Shown here: positions 1 through 13,699 of the stretch, in pieces
Position numbering within the stretch: the first letter of the stretch is position 1
How the letters are laid out: each line of letters opens with the position of its first letter
Source: Camelus dromedarius
Taxonomy: Eukaryota
Assembly: GCF_036321535.1 (NCBI RefSeq)
Contig: NC_087472.1
Span: 97,342,001 to 97,406,000 of the forward strand
Direction: 5' to 3'
DNA: 64,000 bases
Position numbers and translations under genes: made by a program
The notes under the pieces: model-generated
Seen by the model: only the letters and a program-made list of their open reading frames with translations
The model's database searches: none
What the model was told of the DNA's origin: nothing

Positions 1-1835
1 TCTATTTTATATATGTTAGTATTTTGCACATCTTGAACTCCCAATTTATCCCTTCCCACCCTCTTTTTCCCTGGTAACCATAAGTTTGTTTACTATATCT
101 GTGAGTCTGTTTTTGTTTTAAAGATAAGTTCATTAGCGTTTTCTTTTTTCTTTCTTTCTTTTTTTTTTTTTTAAGATTCCACATATGAGTGATACATGAT
201 ACGTTTCTTTCAATACACGTGTAATTTCCAAGACCACCATCAAGGAGCTTGCCTCCTGTGTTTTCTTCTAGGAGTTTTATAGGCTCATCTCTTACATTTA
301 AATATTCAGTCCATTTTGAGTTGAGTTTTGTGTTTGGTGTAAGATAAGGATCCGGTTTGATTCTTTTGCATGTGAATATCCAATTTTCCAAACACCATTT
401 ATTGAAAAGGCTATCCTTTCCCCATTGTGTATTCTTGGCACCTTGTCAAAAATTAGTTGATTGTATTTGTATAGATTTATTTCTGGACTCTTGATTGTTT
501 TCCATTGGTTTATAAATCTGTTTTTATGCTACTATCATGCTATTTTGGTTACTGTAGCTTTGTAATATAGTTTGAAGTTAGGAAGTGTGATACCTCCAGC
601 TTTATTCTTCTTTCTCAGGATTTCTTTGGTGATTTGGGGATCTTTTGTGGTTCTATAACAGTTTTAAGGTTTTTTTTTCTATTTCTGTGAAAAATGCCAG
701 TGGAATTTTGATAGAGATTTCATTGAATCTGTAAATTGCTTTTGGTAAAATGAATACATTGATACTATTTATTCTTCCAATTCATGAACATGGGATGTCT
801 TTCCACTTATTTATGTCTTTTTCATATTCTTTCATCACTGTTTTACAGTTTTCAGTGTATAGTTCTTTTACCTCCTTGGTTAAGTTTATTCCTAAGTATT
901 GTATTGTTTTTATGCTATTGTAAATGGGGTTGTTTTCTTCATGTCTTTTTTGGTTAGTTCACTGTTAGAAACACAGCTGATTTCTGCATGTTAATATTGT
1001 ATTCTACAACGTTACTAAATTTGTTTATTAAGTTCTAATAGTTTTTGATGGGCGCTTCAGGATTTTCTGTAAAGAAGATTGTATCATCTGCAAACAGAGA
1101 GTTTTACTTCTGCCTTTCTTTTTTTTTTTTTTTTTTTTACTTCTGCCTTTCTGATTTGGATGCCTTTTATTTTATTTTTTTGCCTAATTGCTCTGGCTAG
1201 GACTACCAGTACTATGTTGAATAGAAATGGCAAGAGTGGACATTCTTATTTTGTTCCTGATCTTAGAGGAAAAGCTTTCAGCTATTCACTGCTGGGTATG
1301 ATGTTAACTGTGGGCTTGTCATATATGGCCTTTATACCTAATTTGTTGAGAGTTTTTATCATGAAAAATGTTGAATTTTGTCAAAAGCTTTTTCTCATCT
1401 ACTGAGATGATCATGATTTTTATCCTTCATTTTTTAATGTGTAGTGTATTACATTGATTGATTTGCATATGTTGAGCCATCATAGCATCCTAGGGATAAA
1501 ACTCACTTCATCATAGTTTATGATCCTTATTATACTGTTGAATTTGGTTTGTTAGTATTTTGTTGAGGATTTTTGCATCTATGTTCATCAGGGATTTTGG
1601 CCTGTAATTCTCTTTTCTTGCAGTGTCCTTGTTTAAGTTGGTATCAGGGTAATAATGGTGGGTATGTAAAGTGAGTTTGGAAGGGTCCCTCCTCTTCAAA
1701 TTTTGGAAAAGTTCAGGAAGGACTAGCATTAATTTTTCTTTAAATGTTTGGTAAAATTTACCAGTAAAGCCATCTGGACCTGGACATTTCTTTGTTAGGA
1801 GATTTTTGATTACTGATTCCATCTCCTCATTTGTT
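1..1835 (-). mobile_element. L1 LINE remnant (ORF2 part plus 3' UTR; possibly two elements)
   Basis: Track ORF 1511..1873 reads PGPDGFTGKFYQTFKE...ENYRPKSLMNIDAKILNKIL (L1 ORF2). ORF 2..391 resembles the ORF2 C-terminus. Frameshifted and deleted. Confidence 0.92.
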
Positions 1836-2049
1836 CTTTTTTTGTTTTTAAAGAAAATCAGAGATTGGATCACAAACGTTGGAAGTAATGTGTTGAAACT
1901 GAAAATAGATGAGGGACGACAAGATCAATTGATCTTATATTTCCGAGGCACAAGTACAATATCATCATCATTTTAAATATTATTATTAGCTAAAAGTTAA
2001 ATATCAGATGTTTGAGAATAATGACTGAAAGGACGGACTCTGCTCAAAG

Positions 2050-2195
2050 ATACTTGGGTTCACCTTGTAGATATACAGCTTCCAAGTGCGGCAGATTATT
2101 TTTACTTTGCCACGTCTCAGTTTCGTTATCCATAAAACAGATATTACAGTAACAGTGCTTATTTTACAAGCTTGTTTTCAGGATTAAATGTGCAT
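2050..2195. mobile_element. MIR SINE
   Basis: ctcagtttcgttatccataaaa...ggattaaatg MIR core. Confidence 0.6.
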
Positions 2196-2519
2196 CAAAG
2201 AGCCTGATACTATTTTTCACTGGAAAAATTAGGAATTTATAATAATGTTTTACCACATTTTTTCTCGTTTTCATTTTGCATAATGTAAGCAATTATGAGA
2301 TATAGATCCTTTTCAAATTACAATGCAAATGAATTAAAGGTAAATACTGTATTTTATTAGCATAATTCTCATTTATGTCCACTCACTAAACTAAATATAC
2401 AGCCATCATCCATTTCTTTCCTAATTAGGGAAATGTTGAAATGGGTAAGGTAAATTTTTCCTATCATAGATTTTAAAAGGCATTATAATATATAATCTCT
2501 GGTTTATGTTAAAAGGTCA

Positions 2520-3000
2520 GAAAAAGTCCAATTTCTGATCCTTTGTATGTGATCTAGTTTTTTCACCTGTCCCTCTTCTCTGGGAGCTTGTAGTATATTC
2601 ACTTTTTCCCAGTGTTTTTAAATTTCCTGGTGATGTTCCTTTGGTGAGGGCCTGTTTTAATTTATTGTGCTAGATAGTTGGTGAGTCCTTTCAATCTGGA
2701 AATCCATCTGGAAAGTTCTCCTGAATTTTATTTTTGATGATTTTCTCTCCTGTGTTTTCTCCCTTCTCTTTTCCTGGAACTCTAACACTGTTAGTCATGT
2801 TGAATAGTAGAATTCTTGGCTTGATCTGCTTTTCTTATCTTTTCCTCTCATTTTTCATTTCCATCTTTTGCTTTACATTTGGGAAAGTTTTCTCAATTTT
2901 GTCTTCCAGAATTTTAATCTAGCTTTTTAATTTCATTTTCATTGCCCAGATATGAACCATCCAATCTCCTGACTGGAACGTCGAAGTCTGGCTGCTGACA
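2520..3000 (-). mobile_element. Old L1M fragment (ORF1 region)
   Basis: T-rich, with an ...agtcctttcaatctgga... segment typical of antisense old L1M. Confidence 0.45.
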
Positions 3001-4494
3001 TTCTGGAGTTGATGGTGGGGAGATTAGTGATCTCAACATTCAGTAAGTGAATTTTCTTTTAATTCCTCTATTTCCTGTATATGGCCTGTATCTTCTTACT
3101 GTGCCTGGTGTTCATTTTGTGGTCCTGCAAGTTCCATCTCTGTGCTTCTCTACCCTCCTTTAGGAATCTGACCTCTGTGGCTAGTATCAGTCGGGATAGG
3201 ATTTGGCCAGTGGGAGGGAAGTGACTATATTTCGGTATTAAAGGGAACAGGGTGGCCCTTCTGTACAACCACTAGTCTTCCTAGGTTCTAGGTAATGGAT
3301 CCCTCCCCTTGACGTTTCAGTCCTGCTGCTGGCAGCCACCTCGTGCTCTTGCTAGGCCAAGTACTTCCCCCTTCCATGGATGTTAATTTCCCTTTGTTGA
3401 ATTAAACATAACAGAGATACTTTGAGTCATGTGTAAAGTGAAAATACAGTTACAACCTGCATCAAAATAATGAGATATATGAGCATAGAACTTGCAAAGT
3501 ATGTTAGCAGGTGTTTGGGGATAATTATTCATAAAGAAGAATTTATTTCTTTACATAGAATTCATCACAGAAAACATGAGCTTATTTTAAGTGCATTTAA
3601 AATAAGATTTCTCTCATTAAAATTTAGTTTATGCACAACTTTGTACAGTATATCAACTGATTAAAGAAGTGAGGAAACAGAACAAAGAGAATTAATGACA
3701 GTGGTAAAATTAAAGGGAAAATTTTCAAATTTTCTGTGAGGGCCAACAGGTTTTGAATACTGCCATGGAAAAATGTATGCTGTCTAATGACTAGTTCTTT
3801 CATTTTGGTTTAGAAATTATACTCTTGAATCCTTAGCCCAAGTAAGTGATTAGAGTCGCATGAGAATGGATTGATGAGAATGCAGTTTTATAACTCTAGG
3901 GCATGGCTAAAATCTAATGTGGCAAGCACTGGAAAAACACAGCTTCTTTTACTTTTAAGGCTCTTCAGTTTGTCATTACTGATTGAGGGTTGTCTGGATT
4001 GGCTCTCCTGGTCACTCAAATTATCCCAAGAGCTATGTCATTACTGGGAGATGCTCACATGAGATGAGAATGTGTTTTATTCCTATGCATTATGGACATT
4101 TCAGCTTTGCTTTGGGTGGGGCTATCGGACTCTACACTGTATCACTAACAGACTGTATCTTCTGTAGCATATCTCAGAAGCCACATGTCAATTGAGTCAT
4201 AGAAAAAGGAATTTTTAAATGAAGAAGTGTGGCTTAAACATAATTTCTGTCGTCTGCCAAGGACATTATCATTTCTTAATCATTGCACGAGCCACATTTT
4301 GTATAGTGATTAAATTCGAACTAGCTAAAAGTTTCAATCCGTTGAAAAGCTGTGTAGTAAAGCACTTACTCTCTTAAGTGAAAGATGTTAATAGGAAAAA
4401 ATCTCCATAACTACTGGCATAGGAGAAATACAATAGCAGTTAATCTTAGAAATTTCACTGATGGTGAATTTTCTTACTCACAATGTCTACTAAA

Positions 4495-4662
4495 ACCTTG
4501 TTACCCAAGATGTGGTCTGCAGACCAGCAGCTTGGACATCGCCTGGGAAACTGTTAGAAATTCAGACTCTCTATACCCATCCTAGACCTACTGAATCAGA
4601 ATCTGCGTCTTGAACAAGACCTTCAAGGGGTTCATGTGCATGTTAAAATTTGAGAAGCCTGA
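4495..4662. mobile_element. MER5A hAT-Charlie transposon
   Basis: gtggtctgcagaccagcagc...agacctactgaatcagaatctg...tttgagaag. Confidence 0.85.
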
Positions 4663-5879
4663 TACTAAAGGCCAGTTTGGCAGTCATTGAAACTATGCTG
4701 ATGCCTTCTCAACTGGCTCAGGAAGTTCATATTTTCCAATGGTAGCAGTGCTTTCAAAAGTGGCATCCCACAGCACAGAGTATTTTTTTGCTCTTAATCC
4801 AAAGATTACATGGTTGATTTGTAACTAAAATATTAAGGAAGATGCACTAAGAAGGGATTGTATGATATCATGGTAGATGATGTTATGATTTTGAAAATGT
4901 ATAATTAGAATTCTTACATGAACAACTTTCTAAATGAGAAAAATTCTTCCCTCCCTAATATTCCCTCAGATCAATACATCTGTGTTCTATTTGTAATATT
5001 TAATTTTTTCTCTTGGTCAAGCCCAAGCTCTCCAATTCCCCAGAAAGCACAGGAGATCACATTTAGGGGCTGAGAGGTTCAAATAAACTGCGTCTCTTTT
5101 CACAAATCTCTGATGTGAAGTGTTTGGAATAATTAATCTAATTTGCATTGCATTTACAAACAACTGATAACACCTTTTAAACACACTATAGAAAAATTAA
5201 TTGGGGATTTTGTAAAGAATAGTTTTTCGTTATTATGTTTTTCCTTTATTTGAAATCCCTGATCACCTAAAATTAACTAGAGCAGTGTAACTCTATAAGT
5301 AGCAAGGTCCCCTATAACCTGGACCTCCTGTACTTCCTTCTTTGCTTCAACAAACGTGCACTGGTTATCTACTGTGTGCCATGAAGGAGAGTGCAAAGAC
5401 TAAATCTCCACCTTAGAATTGCTCACAATCTCATGGGGGAAAAGATCAAGAACAGCGTTGCAATGCTGAATTATAAATGCTATTAAAGTGTTGGCAACAC
5501 ATGATGGAAAGTAGAGAAGGGGCTAATTGAGTCTTGGGAATCAGACTGATTCTAAAAGAGATGACTGCTTTTGGCATCTTAGTGTGTGATTTATGATACA
5601 AATATGCACAAACGTTGGCTTGTGCTTTCAAAGAAGGTGGTTGAATGAATCTTTAAGTGGAGCCAAGCCTAATTTTGGCAGGTTTGATTAAACTGAACTT
5701 TGTCCAAAATGTAACTTGATGGACAGGATTAGAATGAGATGACCTCTGCTAACATAGTAAAACAAAAGTAAATTGTCTCCTTCATGAATCTGAATGATTA
5801 GCATTAAAATACTCACTCTATATCCTGAGCAGTTGTAGTATTTGCTGCAGTGGAGATAGCCGGGCACTAGTGGGATAGT

Positions 5880-6065
5880 CATAATGATAACAGCTGACAT
5901 GCACAGTTTACAAAGTGCCTTCATACTCATTATCTCATTTAGTTTTCACAACAACCCCATGAGGTAGGTGTCATTTGCATTTCTTAGTTGAACAAAAATT
6001 ATCAAAGTAAGTGGCAGAACCTTGATGAGAAACCAAGTCTTTAGAACCCCAAGATGAATACTCTT
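5880..6065. mobile_element. MIR SINE
   Basis: attatctcattt...cacaacaaccccatgaggtagg...gtaagtggcagaa. Confidence 0.7.
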
Positions 6066-7120
6066 TCTTGTGGAACTAGAACTTCAAACCTCAGTAGAAA
6101 TCTATCTTCATTCCAGATACTACACAGAAACTTCTCTCTTGACCTGGGGAGCTTCACTGACAAGGGTTTCTGAAAGGCTGGCGTTGAAAGTTGGGCTTTT
6201 CCTCTAAAATAGAAACCGTATTTCCCCTGCCAAACCCTGTCCTCCTTCCATATCCTTTGTCTCAGAGTATCCAGCACAATATGGTGATTGAAAGTAGGAG
6301 ATAAAGGCAGAGTGGCATTGAAAATTACTGCAAAGTTTTTAATTTGAACATTGGTCAATGGTGGAGACTTTCAGGGAGATGAAGATAACATAGAGGGTTG
6401 GATTTGGGGTGCAGACCAAGCCGTAATTCTGTGAAATTGGGGAATATGGGCCAACTTAAATAGTTTGTCATCAATAAATGATTGGGCATAGCACCAGGTA
6501 TCTTGAGTAAGTGGCTTTTCTGGAGCTGAGAGTTTTGGGTTATGGTTGGATATTGTCCATCTCACTTGGAGGAGGGCCTGACCAGTGCCTGGAACACAAG
6601 CACAATTGGAGAGATAGGCAAGGGTCAGGGAACATGTCAGCTTTTCAACTGACACTCTGATCTATGCAAGGAGATTGAAAGGCAAATCAGAAAACCAAGG
6701 CAGAGGCCCAGTCAGGTGGCCTGGGCTAACATGTCAAGGTCAGGGACAAAACTTCAGGTCAATGACATTATAGGAATCCCATTTTTAGGCAGAACCCAGA
6801 GCAAAGTATGTGTTCTAAATGGAAAATTCCTCCCAGATATGTCAGGCTTATGATAAAATAATTTTCTTTCAATGTTCTTAATGTTAGGTAAGAGTTTTTG
6901 AAACACTGGCATCATTTAGGACTGACTCAAAAATCATCAGGCCTAAATCTACAGGTTTGGGTAAGGCTGGGGAAGGTGTAATTTGCTCTATCTGATATGA
7001 ATGAATTAGCACACATATTAAAATAAATACAATTTATATCTTGTATCAGATCACTAGAAGTATAATCCAGTGGCAAAAATCAAATTCATCAGATGTAATA
7101 TAAAATCCTGTGATGGTATT

Positions 7121-7609
7121 TGTAGTTGACAGAATAATAGTTCCTCAAAGATGTCCATGTCCCAATCTCTAGAACATGTGAATATGTACCCTGCATGGCA
7201 AAAGGGACAGGGAAGATGTGATTAAGGCTAAACACCTTGGGATGAGGAGATTATCCTGGATTATCTACATGAGCCCAATCTGATCACGTAAATCCTTAAA
7301 ATCAGAGGAATCCCCCTATCCCACCCACCCTGCTATAGGTAGAGAGAAAGATGGCAGCAGGAGAATGACTTAATGACCCATTGCTGATTTTGAGATCTAA
7401 GGATCTGCGTTTAAGGAACTGAATTTTGCCAAGAACCATAGGAAAGAGATCCTATAGAAAGCAACACAGCCATGCCAATGCTTTCATTTTAGTCTCATGA
7501 GACTTGTGTTGGACTTCTGATCTACAGAAGAGTAAGATAATACATTTGTGTTGTTTTAACACACAGTATTTGTGGTAATTTGTTATGGAGGCAATAGAAA
7601 ATTAGTACA
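7121..7609 (+). mobile_element. MaLR solo LTR (MLT1D-like)
   Basis: tgtagttgacagaataat...aaagatgtccatgtcccaatc...gagattatcctggattat...gcaatagaaaattagtaca; TG...CA ends. Confidence 0.85.
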
Positions 7610-7897
7610 GACTTGCTGTATGATTTGGGAATTTATAGATTTTTAAACCTCTCATCGGCTGTGATTTTCTATGTTTTGTTCACTGATACATATCAAGTGC
7701 TTGTAACCTGGGAAATAGTAGACACTCAGTAAACATTAGTTGAATTAATTTGCTTATTGGTCCTTCCACCAACAAATATTTATTGAGTGTGTATGAATAC
7801 ATGGCTTCGTGCTAGATGTTGCATCTAGATGTAAAGATATAAAAGACTTTTTTTCCATAAAATCTGAATCAAGAAGTTTGGATCAGTCTTCAGTAAT

Positions 7898-8095
7898 CAG
7901 GGTCAGAAAAGTATTGTCTGCAGGCCAAATCTGGCCCACTGTGTTTTTTGTAAATAAAGTTTTATGAAAAAAAGCTATGCTTATTAGTTATGTAGTATCT
8001 GTGGCTACTTTTGTGATAAAACTGCAGAGATGAGTAATTGCAACAGAGATCATATGACCTGCAAGCCAGAAATGTTTACTATCTGGCCTTTTATA
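7898..8095. mobile_element. MER58A hAT transposon
   Basis: ggccaaatctggccc...ttttgtaaataaagtttta...tttactatctggccttt. Confidence 0.8.
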
Positions 8096-8119
8096 GGGAA
8101 AGAAAAAAAAAACAAAACA

Positions 8120-8330
8120 ATTGTCAAACCTTGAGTCAGAACTCTGTCTTTATGATTTGCTCGGTCCTTTGGGCAAAACGTACAATCTCTTCAAGCTTCC
8201 TTTTTGTCTTCTATAAAATTGAGATGGTAGTACTTTTCTTATAGAATGGTTGTGAGAATTAAATGTTGAATGAGAATTAAATGATGGCTTCCAGTGCTCA
8301 GTATAGAAGAATTCAGTAAGTGGTAGTTAA
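8120..8330. mobile_element. MIR SINE
   Basis: ttgtgagaattaaatg core. Confidence 0.55.
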
Positions 8331-8682
8331 GATTTTTTTTGATTGATTCAACTACTGCTCCTTCTGCTATCACCATCACAACCATAATGAAGTTGAAAAA
8401 TGTGTTCTGGAGAAGTATATATACTACAATTATTAATTAAAACTCAAATATACTTTGCTACTTTGAGTTTATTATGGTCCAGGACCTACTATTTAGCTGA
8501 TAACTTTGTAGCTGGTTTTATCTGTATCTGTTATTTCACTGTGATGAACAGCAGGGTAGATCTTTACTTTCTCTGTCTGAACTAATTTTTAATTTCTCAT
8601 TAGTCTTTAAGAAAATTTATACATGTTATATCATTTTGCCTAAGATTTTCATCACTTTTATTGTTGAACCTTGAAGTCTCTG

Positions 8683-9199
8683 TGTGTGGGTTAGTGCCTA
8701 GATTTGTGTATATTTTCAGAGGTGGCCTCAACTATATCTTCTGTCTCATATACTCTTTTGCAATGTGATCTTGCCACTCCCCCACCAACAGGTAGAGTCT
8801 GTTTTCCTCTGTTTGAGTCTGGTCTATCCCTGTGACTTGTTTGGAATGGAACACAGCTAAAGTGATACTGTGTAGCATCCAAGGATGAACCTTTAAGAGA
8901 TCTGAGGCTTCCTCATTAACCTTTTAGAATGTTCCTACTTAGAACCCATATGCCATGTTGTGAAAAAGCCCAAGTAGCTCTGTGGAGGACCCTCCAGATG
9001 AAGGCCCTGGCTCAGCAGCCACCTGGCAGCCAACCATGTGAATGTAGCCATCTTAAACTTTGAGATATCCCTGTGTCTCAGCCAACATCATGTGAAGAAA
9101 TACCTGGTCTATTCACAGAATTATGGAAGATAATAATTTGCTTTCATAAGCCACTAAATGTTGGGAATGCGTGCTACACACCAATTGATAACTGAAATA
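8683..9199 (+). mobile_element. MaLR LTR (MLT1 family)
   Basis: tgcaatgtgatcttgccactcc...ccatgttgtgaaaaagcccaag...taagccactaaa...gataactgaaata. Confidence 0.75.
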
Positions 9200-9379
9200 C
9201 TAAGTTCATATGACAGATAATTTTCTTCTTCAGGATCTCTAACTGCCCAACTGCCCATGGTAATCTGTGACTGTAGAGTTTTGTAATTTCAGCTGAGGAC
9301 CAGCAATACTGTTATTAAGCTGCCATTTGGAATCATCTTGGAAAGTTTCAAGATCTCTTTAAATAGAAGTAAAGGATGG

Positions 9380-9435
9380 AATTTGACACAATACTGTAAA
9401 ATGATTATAAATCAATAAAAAAAATTTAAAAAAAA
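9380..9435 (+). mobile_element. Extremely 5'-truncated camelid-type L1 3' end with TSD
   Basis: atttgacacaatactgtaaaatgattataaatcaataaa plus A tail, flanked by direct repeat agaagtaaaggatg (from 9366 and 9436). Confidence 0.8.
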
Positions 9436-10417
9436 AGAAGTAAAGGATGAAGTGGGGGAGGGGGCAGAGAAATAAGCAGGTTTCCAATACTGCAAGAGAC
9501 ATTATTTAGAAAATTGTCTGAATAAAAGTAGTGTTTCCTTATCTTGATGTTAAAGGCTCCATAATTTAGCAGTGAATTTTTCAGCTTGACATCCTCATGA
9601 TTCACCTTTTGCTTTCTTACTAGCATTTCTTCACTCATGTGGTTTTCTCTGCTTAAAAGGCCTTTCTACTCTAGAACTAACTGATGAATATGTAGTTATT
9701 GTATGAAGGCCAGTTCAAAGGCCACCTCCACCAGAAAGACATCACTGATTCTCTTAATCAAAAATTCTGTATATGCTTAAATATGAGATAATATTCAAAT
9801 TAACTAGTGAGCAGAATCAAAAATACTGGTTGACTTGAATACAGAAACTGTGGGGATATAGATTGATGAAATATCTACTGATAATATCAAATATATGAGT
9901 TACACATGCATATTAAAATCACATTAGACAAAATATCGATTATTTTACAGATACTGCTTTGTTCTAGTCTAACATTTTAAAACAATTTTACTCAACTCTG
10001 CACTTCAGCATCATAGTCTTCATGATCATTAGAGTCACTCTTTTATTTGTCTCCTTGAGAACAGGGGCAAATAATTTTTTTAAGAGAGAGAAATGGAAAA
10101 ATGAAAAGATACAGTTACTGTTTTTAAAGTCACTCCTTTTGGTTCTCTTAACATGGTTTTCCAGAAGATAGCATCTTCTCTTCTTTAGCCCAAGCTGCAA
10201 AAATCCATACCTGTGTGATTAGAACAGTGTTTTATTTCTTTATTTTCCATTCTTACCTGTAGGCATATATTAGTGATTTACAAAAATTAACCATGTATCA
10301 TCATTTGCAAATGTAAGGTTACATGCCCTGGGAATAATTACTGAATCTAGGTCAAAGGTATTTGCTTCTTTAAGAAACTAATTATTTTAGCTGAAATTGA
10401 TTGGTATTTATCTAAAA

Positions 10418-10800
10418 CAGATGTTTTCAACCCTGGCTTCACCCTTGAATCACCAGAAAGGCATTAAAACTACAAGTTACAAGTGGGGCATCCTGGTGGG
10501 CTCTTACCCAGTATTATAATTTAATTTATATGGGATGGAACCCCAGAATTTAAGTTTTTGAAATGTTCCCAGATAATTCTAATGTGCAGCCAGAGTTGAG
10601 AACCACTGATGTAAAACTAGCACTGGTAGAGTGGTGGTTCTCAAAATGCGGTCTTCAGATCAGCAGCAACAGCATCACCTGTTTCTTGGGCTCTACCCTA
10701 CACCTACTGCATTAGAAAGTCTAGGGAGAGAGCTCAGCAATCCGGCTTTAACAAGTTCTCCAAGTAATTCCTGATGTACACTAAAGTGGAAACCTACTGA
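10418..10800. mobile_element. Two adjacent MER5-type hAT elements
   Basis: gataattctaatgtgcagccagagttgagaaccactg; agtggtggttctcaaaatgcggtc...cagcagcaacagcatcacctg. Confidence 0.8.
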
Positions 10801-13699
10801 TCTTGCTAACATGTCTTTATCAAATAGTAATTTGTTCAAAATAAGGTACTCGATAGAAAAATATGTAGTATGACAAATTTACAAGGAATCTAATATGAGG
10901 GAGAGGTAATTTGGGAGAAAGATGACCTGCCTAATATGCAAGTATATACAGTAAACTCTTCTATAGTGCTTTCATTCTTATAGGTGCTTTAATTGTACAT
11001 CTTTTAAGCAATGGGCAGTGGATTGGTCAAATTGTTCTTCTGTGAGTGGTGGCCAGCTCTGTGCATTTTCAAAAGGCAAGCAAGTGCTTTCTACCCCCAA
11101 AGTACCCAGTATCTCTGAGGACGCATGGATAGGTGCATGTACAATACAGGTATTTTGGCCTTAAATTCCCATTCCTTTCATTTTTAAAAATAGCTTTTAG
11201 GGTGGTGCCATTCATCAAGATATCTTAGCTCAAGCAGAGATAGCTAAAGCTCAAACCACCTTTATAGTGGTTTTTAGGATTCAGCCACACATAGCTTCTG
11301 CAGTTGTACAGATAAAATTACAGTGTTTTAATGTTACCTCAAGGCCTTAATTTAGGAATTGTAAACCTTTGGTTTCCATGCTGGAGAAGGAATCAGTAAT
11401 AACTTTAAAATACCCTTGAGTTTGCCTCTGCTCATTTATTTCCCAGATCTATACTTAATGTTTTCTTTCAGTGATACCCTTTTTCTTCTATTAATTGACT
11501 TCTGAGATTAATAAATTCTTGAAAGCATAGACAAAAATGAAAATTTGTCTCCTTGAGAACAAGGGCAAATAATTTTTAAGAGAAGGAAATGAAAAGATGC
11601 AGTTATTGTTTTTAAAGCCAGCGGCAGCTTGTGCTGGCAATAAAGGAGAGTTTGTATGCTGCTTTATGGAACTGAAAGTTTTGTCTTTGCTTTCCCTGCA
11701 CACTTAAAGAGCCTGTTCATCTGTTCTTTCAACACCATCAGCATTTTTATAAACATGAAAAACACAACCCCAAAGTCTCTACCCCTTAATTGCTGTTGAA
11801 ATAAGCTGTAGGAAAAACATAAGACTTATGATGTGTACACTGAATGTTCATTGCTCTGTAACATTATTGGAAAAGAACAAACACCTTGAGATGGCACCAA
11901 TTTTGATCACGTCTTTCCTTGGGGAGTGCGTGCAGGAGCAATCCCATGAGGTTGCTTGAGGTGTGAATTGAATTTCTTAAAAAGGATAATGGGAGTCTAG
12001 AAAATAGTTCTCTGCTGTGTATCACATAGCAGAGTTGCTTGCTAAACACCACCCCAATCTGCTTCTGGTTGCTTTCCAGTGCCCCAAAGATGGAAATGTT
12101 ATAGATTACATTGCTTCCATTCCTTTGAAGCTGGTATTTCTCATGTGGTCTAGCTTCTTCCAAAGGGATATATATATAAAATATTTATATAAAATATCTA
12201 TGTAATATCTATGTAAACACTGGAGATCAGGAAGGGCAGAAGCAAGCACCATATGGCACAGCCCAGCAGTTCTTTTGATGGGTATGGTGGTGAAATCATA
12301 ATGGTTCTTCTGAGGCATGTGTGGAGAGGTTGCAGTGTCTAATCCTAGCTTCATTGGTGTCAAGTAGAGGGCAGTAGTAAACACATCTAGAGTTTTTCCT
12401 GGGACATTCCCGTAATATGATTGAAATTCTTTTGATTGCATGGCTGTTGGCTATGTGTCATCCAAACTCATTTGCTCGAGTCCTTCACAAAATTCTTAAA
12501 ACCTCCGGCCTCTACAGGTTAGAAGGAAAATTTAGCACCCAGGACAACTTTGAGATTCTAAGAAGGAAAGGGATATTGTGAACATGAATATAAATATTTT
12601 TAAAAGATTAAAGTGCATTTTCCACATGCATCTCTACATCATCCTCAACTCCCACGTGCCCTTGCCCTCTGTAGTTCTCTACATATATATCTCCAGGGCT
12701 TGTGTCTTGGTTCCACACAATATCTGGAGTCCTTTAAGCTGAGGTGACATCCAAGCTCCACTTCTTACTATCTATGTGACCTTTGGGCTAGTCACCACCC
12801 CTCTGTGAGTCCACATTACAAAGCTATACCTTCCCTGTTCATATCTATGTACCACCATGTTTTTTCTATTAAACAAATCAGTTAAAATAGGAATCTTAAT
12901 TTGTTTGAGTTGCCCTCCTCCATCAAAACAGAGCTAACTCAACCAGCTCACACGTGTCCATTCACATGCATGCATGCATGCATGCACACGTGCACACACA
13001 TGCCTGACTGTGTCAAGTTCTGTGCTTCTCTGTTGAGGTCAACATAAATTGTGTTTAGAACCTGCAGCTCACAAGCACTTGCTGACCTCAGTTCCCTTAC
13101 CATCTCCATCATTGGTTTCAGGAGAGGCTGGTGTCACCTAGAGTATTTATATTTACCATGTAGGCTATTAAAGGGGGGGCCTATGAAGGAATGGTGAGAA
13201 GACCAGTGGAGAACTGAGGAATCTGAGAGCTAGGATTTGTGTGTGTGCCTGCACATACATGTGAGAGATGGTTGAGTCTGTTTTGATATGATGGCATATC
13301 AGGGCAATTCAAATTAAAATACCCATTTGTTTTAACTGATTCATTATATGTGAATTATATATGAATATGAATGGGGAAAGTGTGGTGTTTTATAATGTCA
13401 CAATAGGAGAAGGAACTTCTTTGTAACAAAAAAGATTATTATTTATTCCAAAATGTTTTCAAAAAGGAATAAAAGGTTTTATCTCATTGCCAGTGATTTT
13501 AAAGCAGAATTGAAATATAATTGAGAAGGGACAGGGATCTACAGTGTACTGATGGAGAGGCAGCCATCTACAGAAACTATTGTGACTATAAGGGAGCTCT
13601 CTAATCAGTCTAGATTTTTAAAAAATCATTCCCCAAAGAAAGATGATTTACATAAAAAACAATAACCATAATTACTCAATTCCTATGTTAGGGTTTTTT

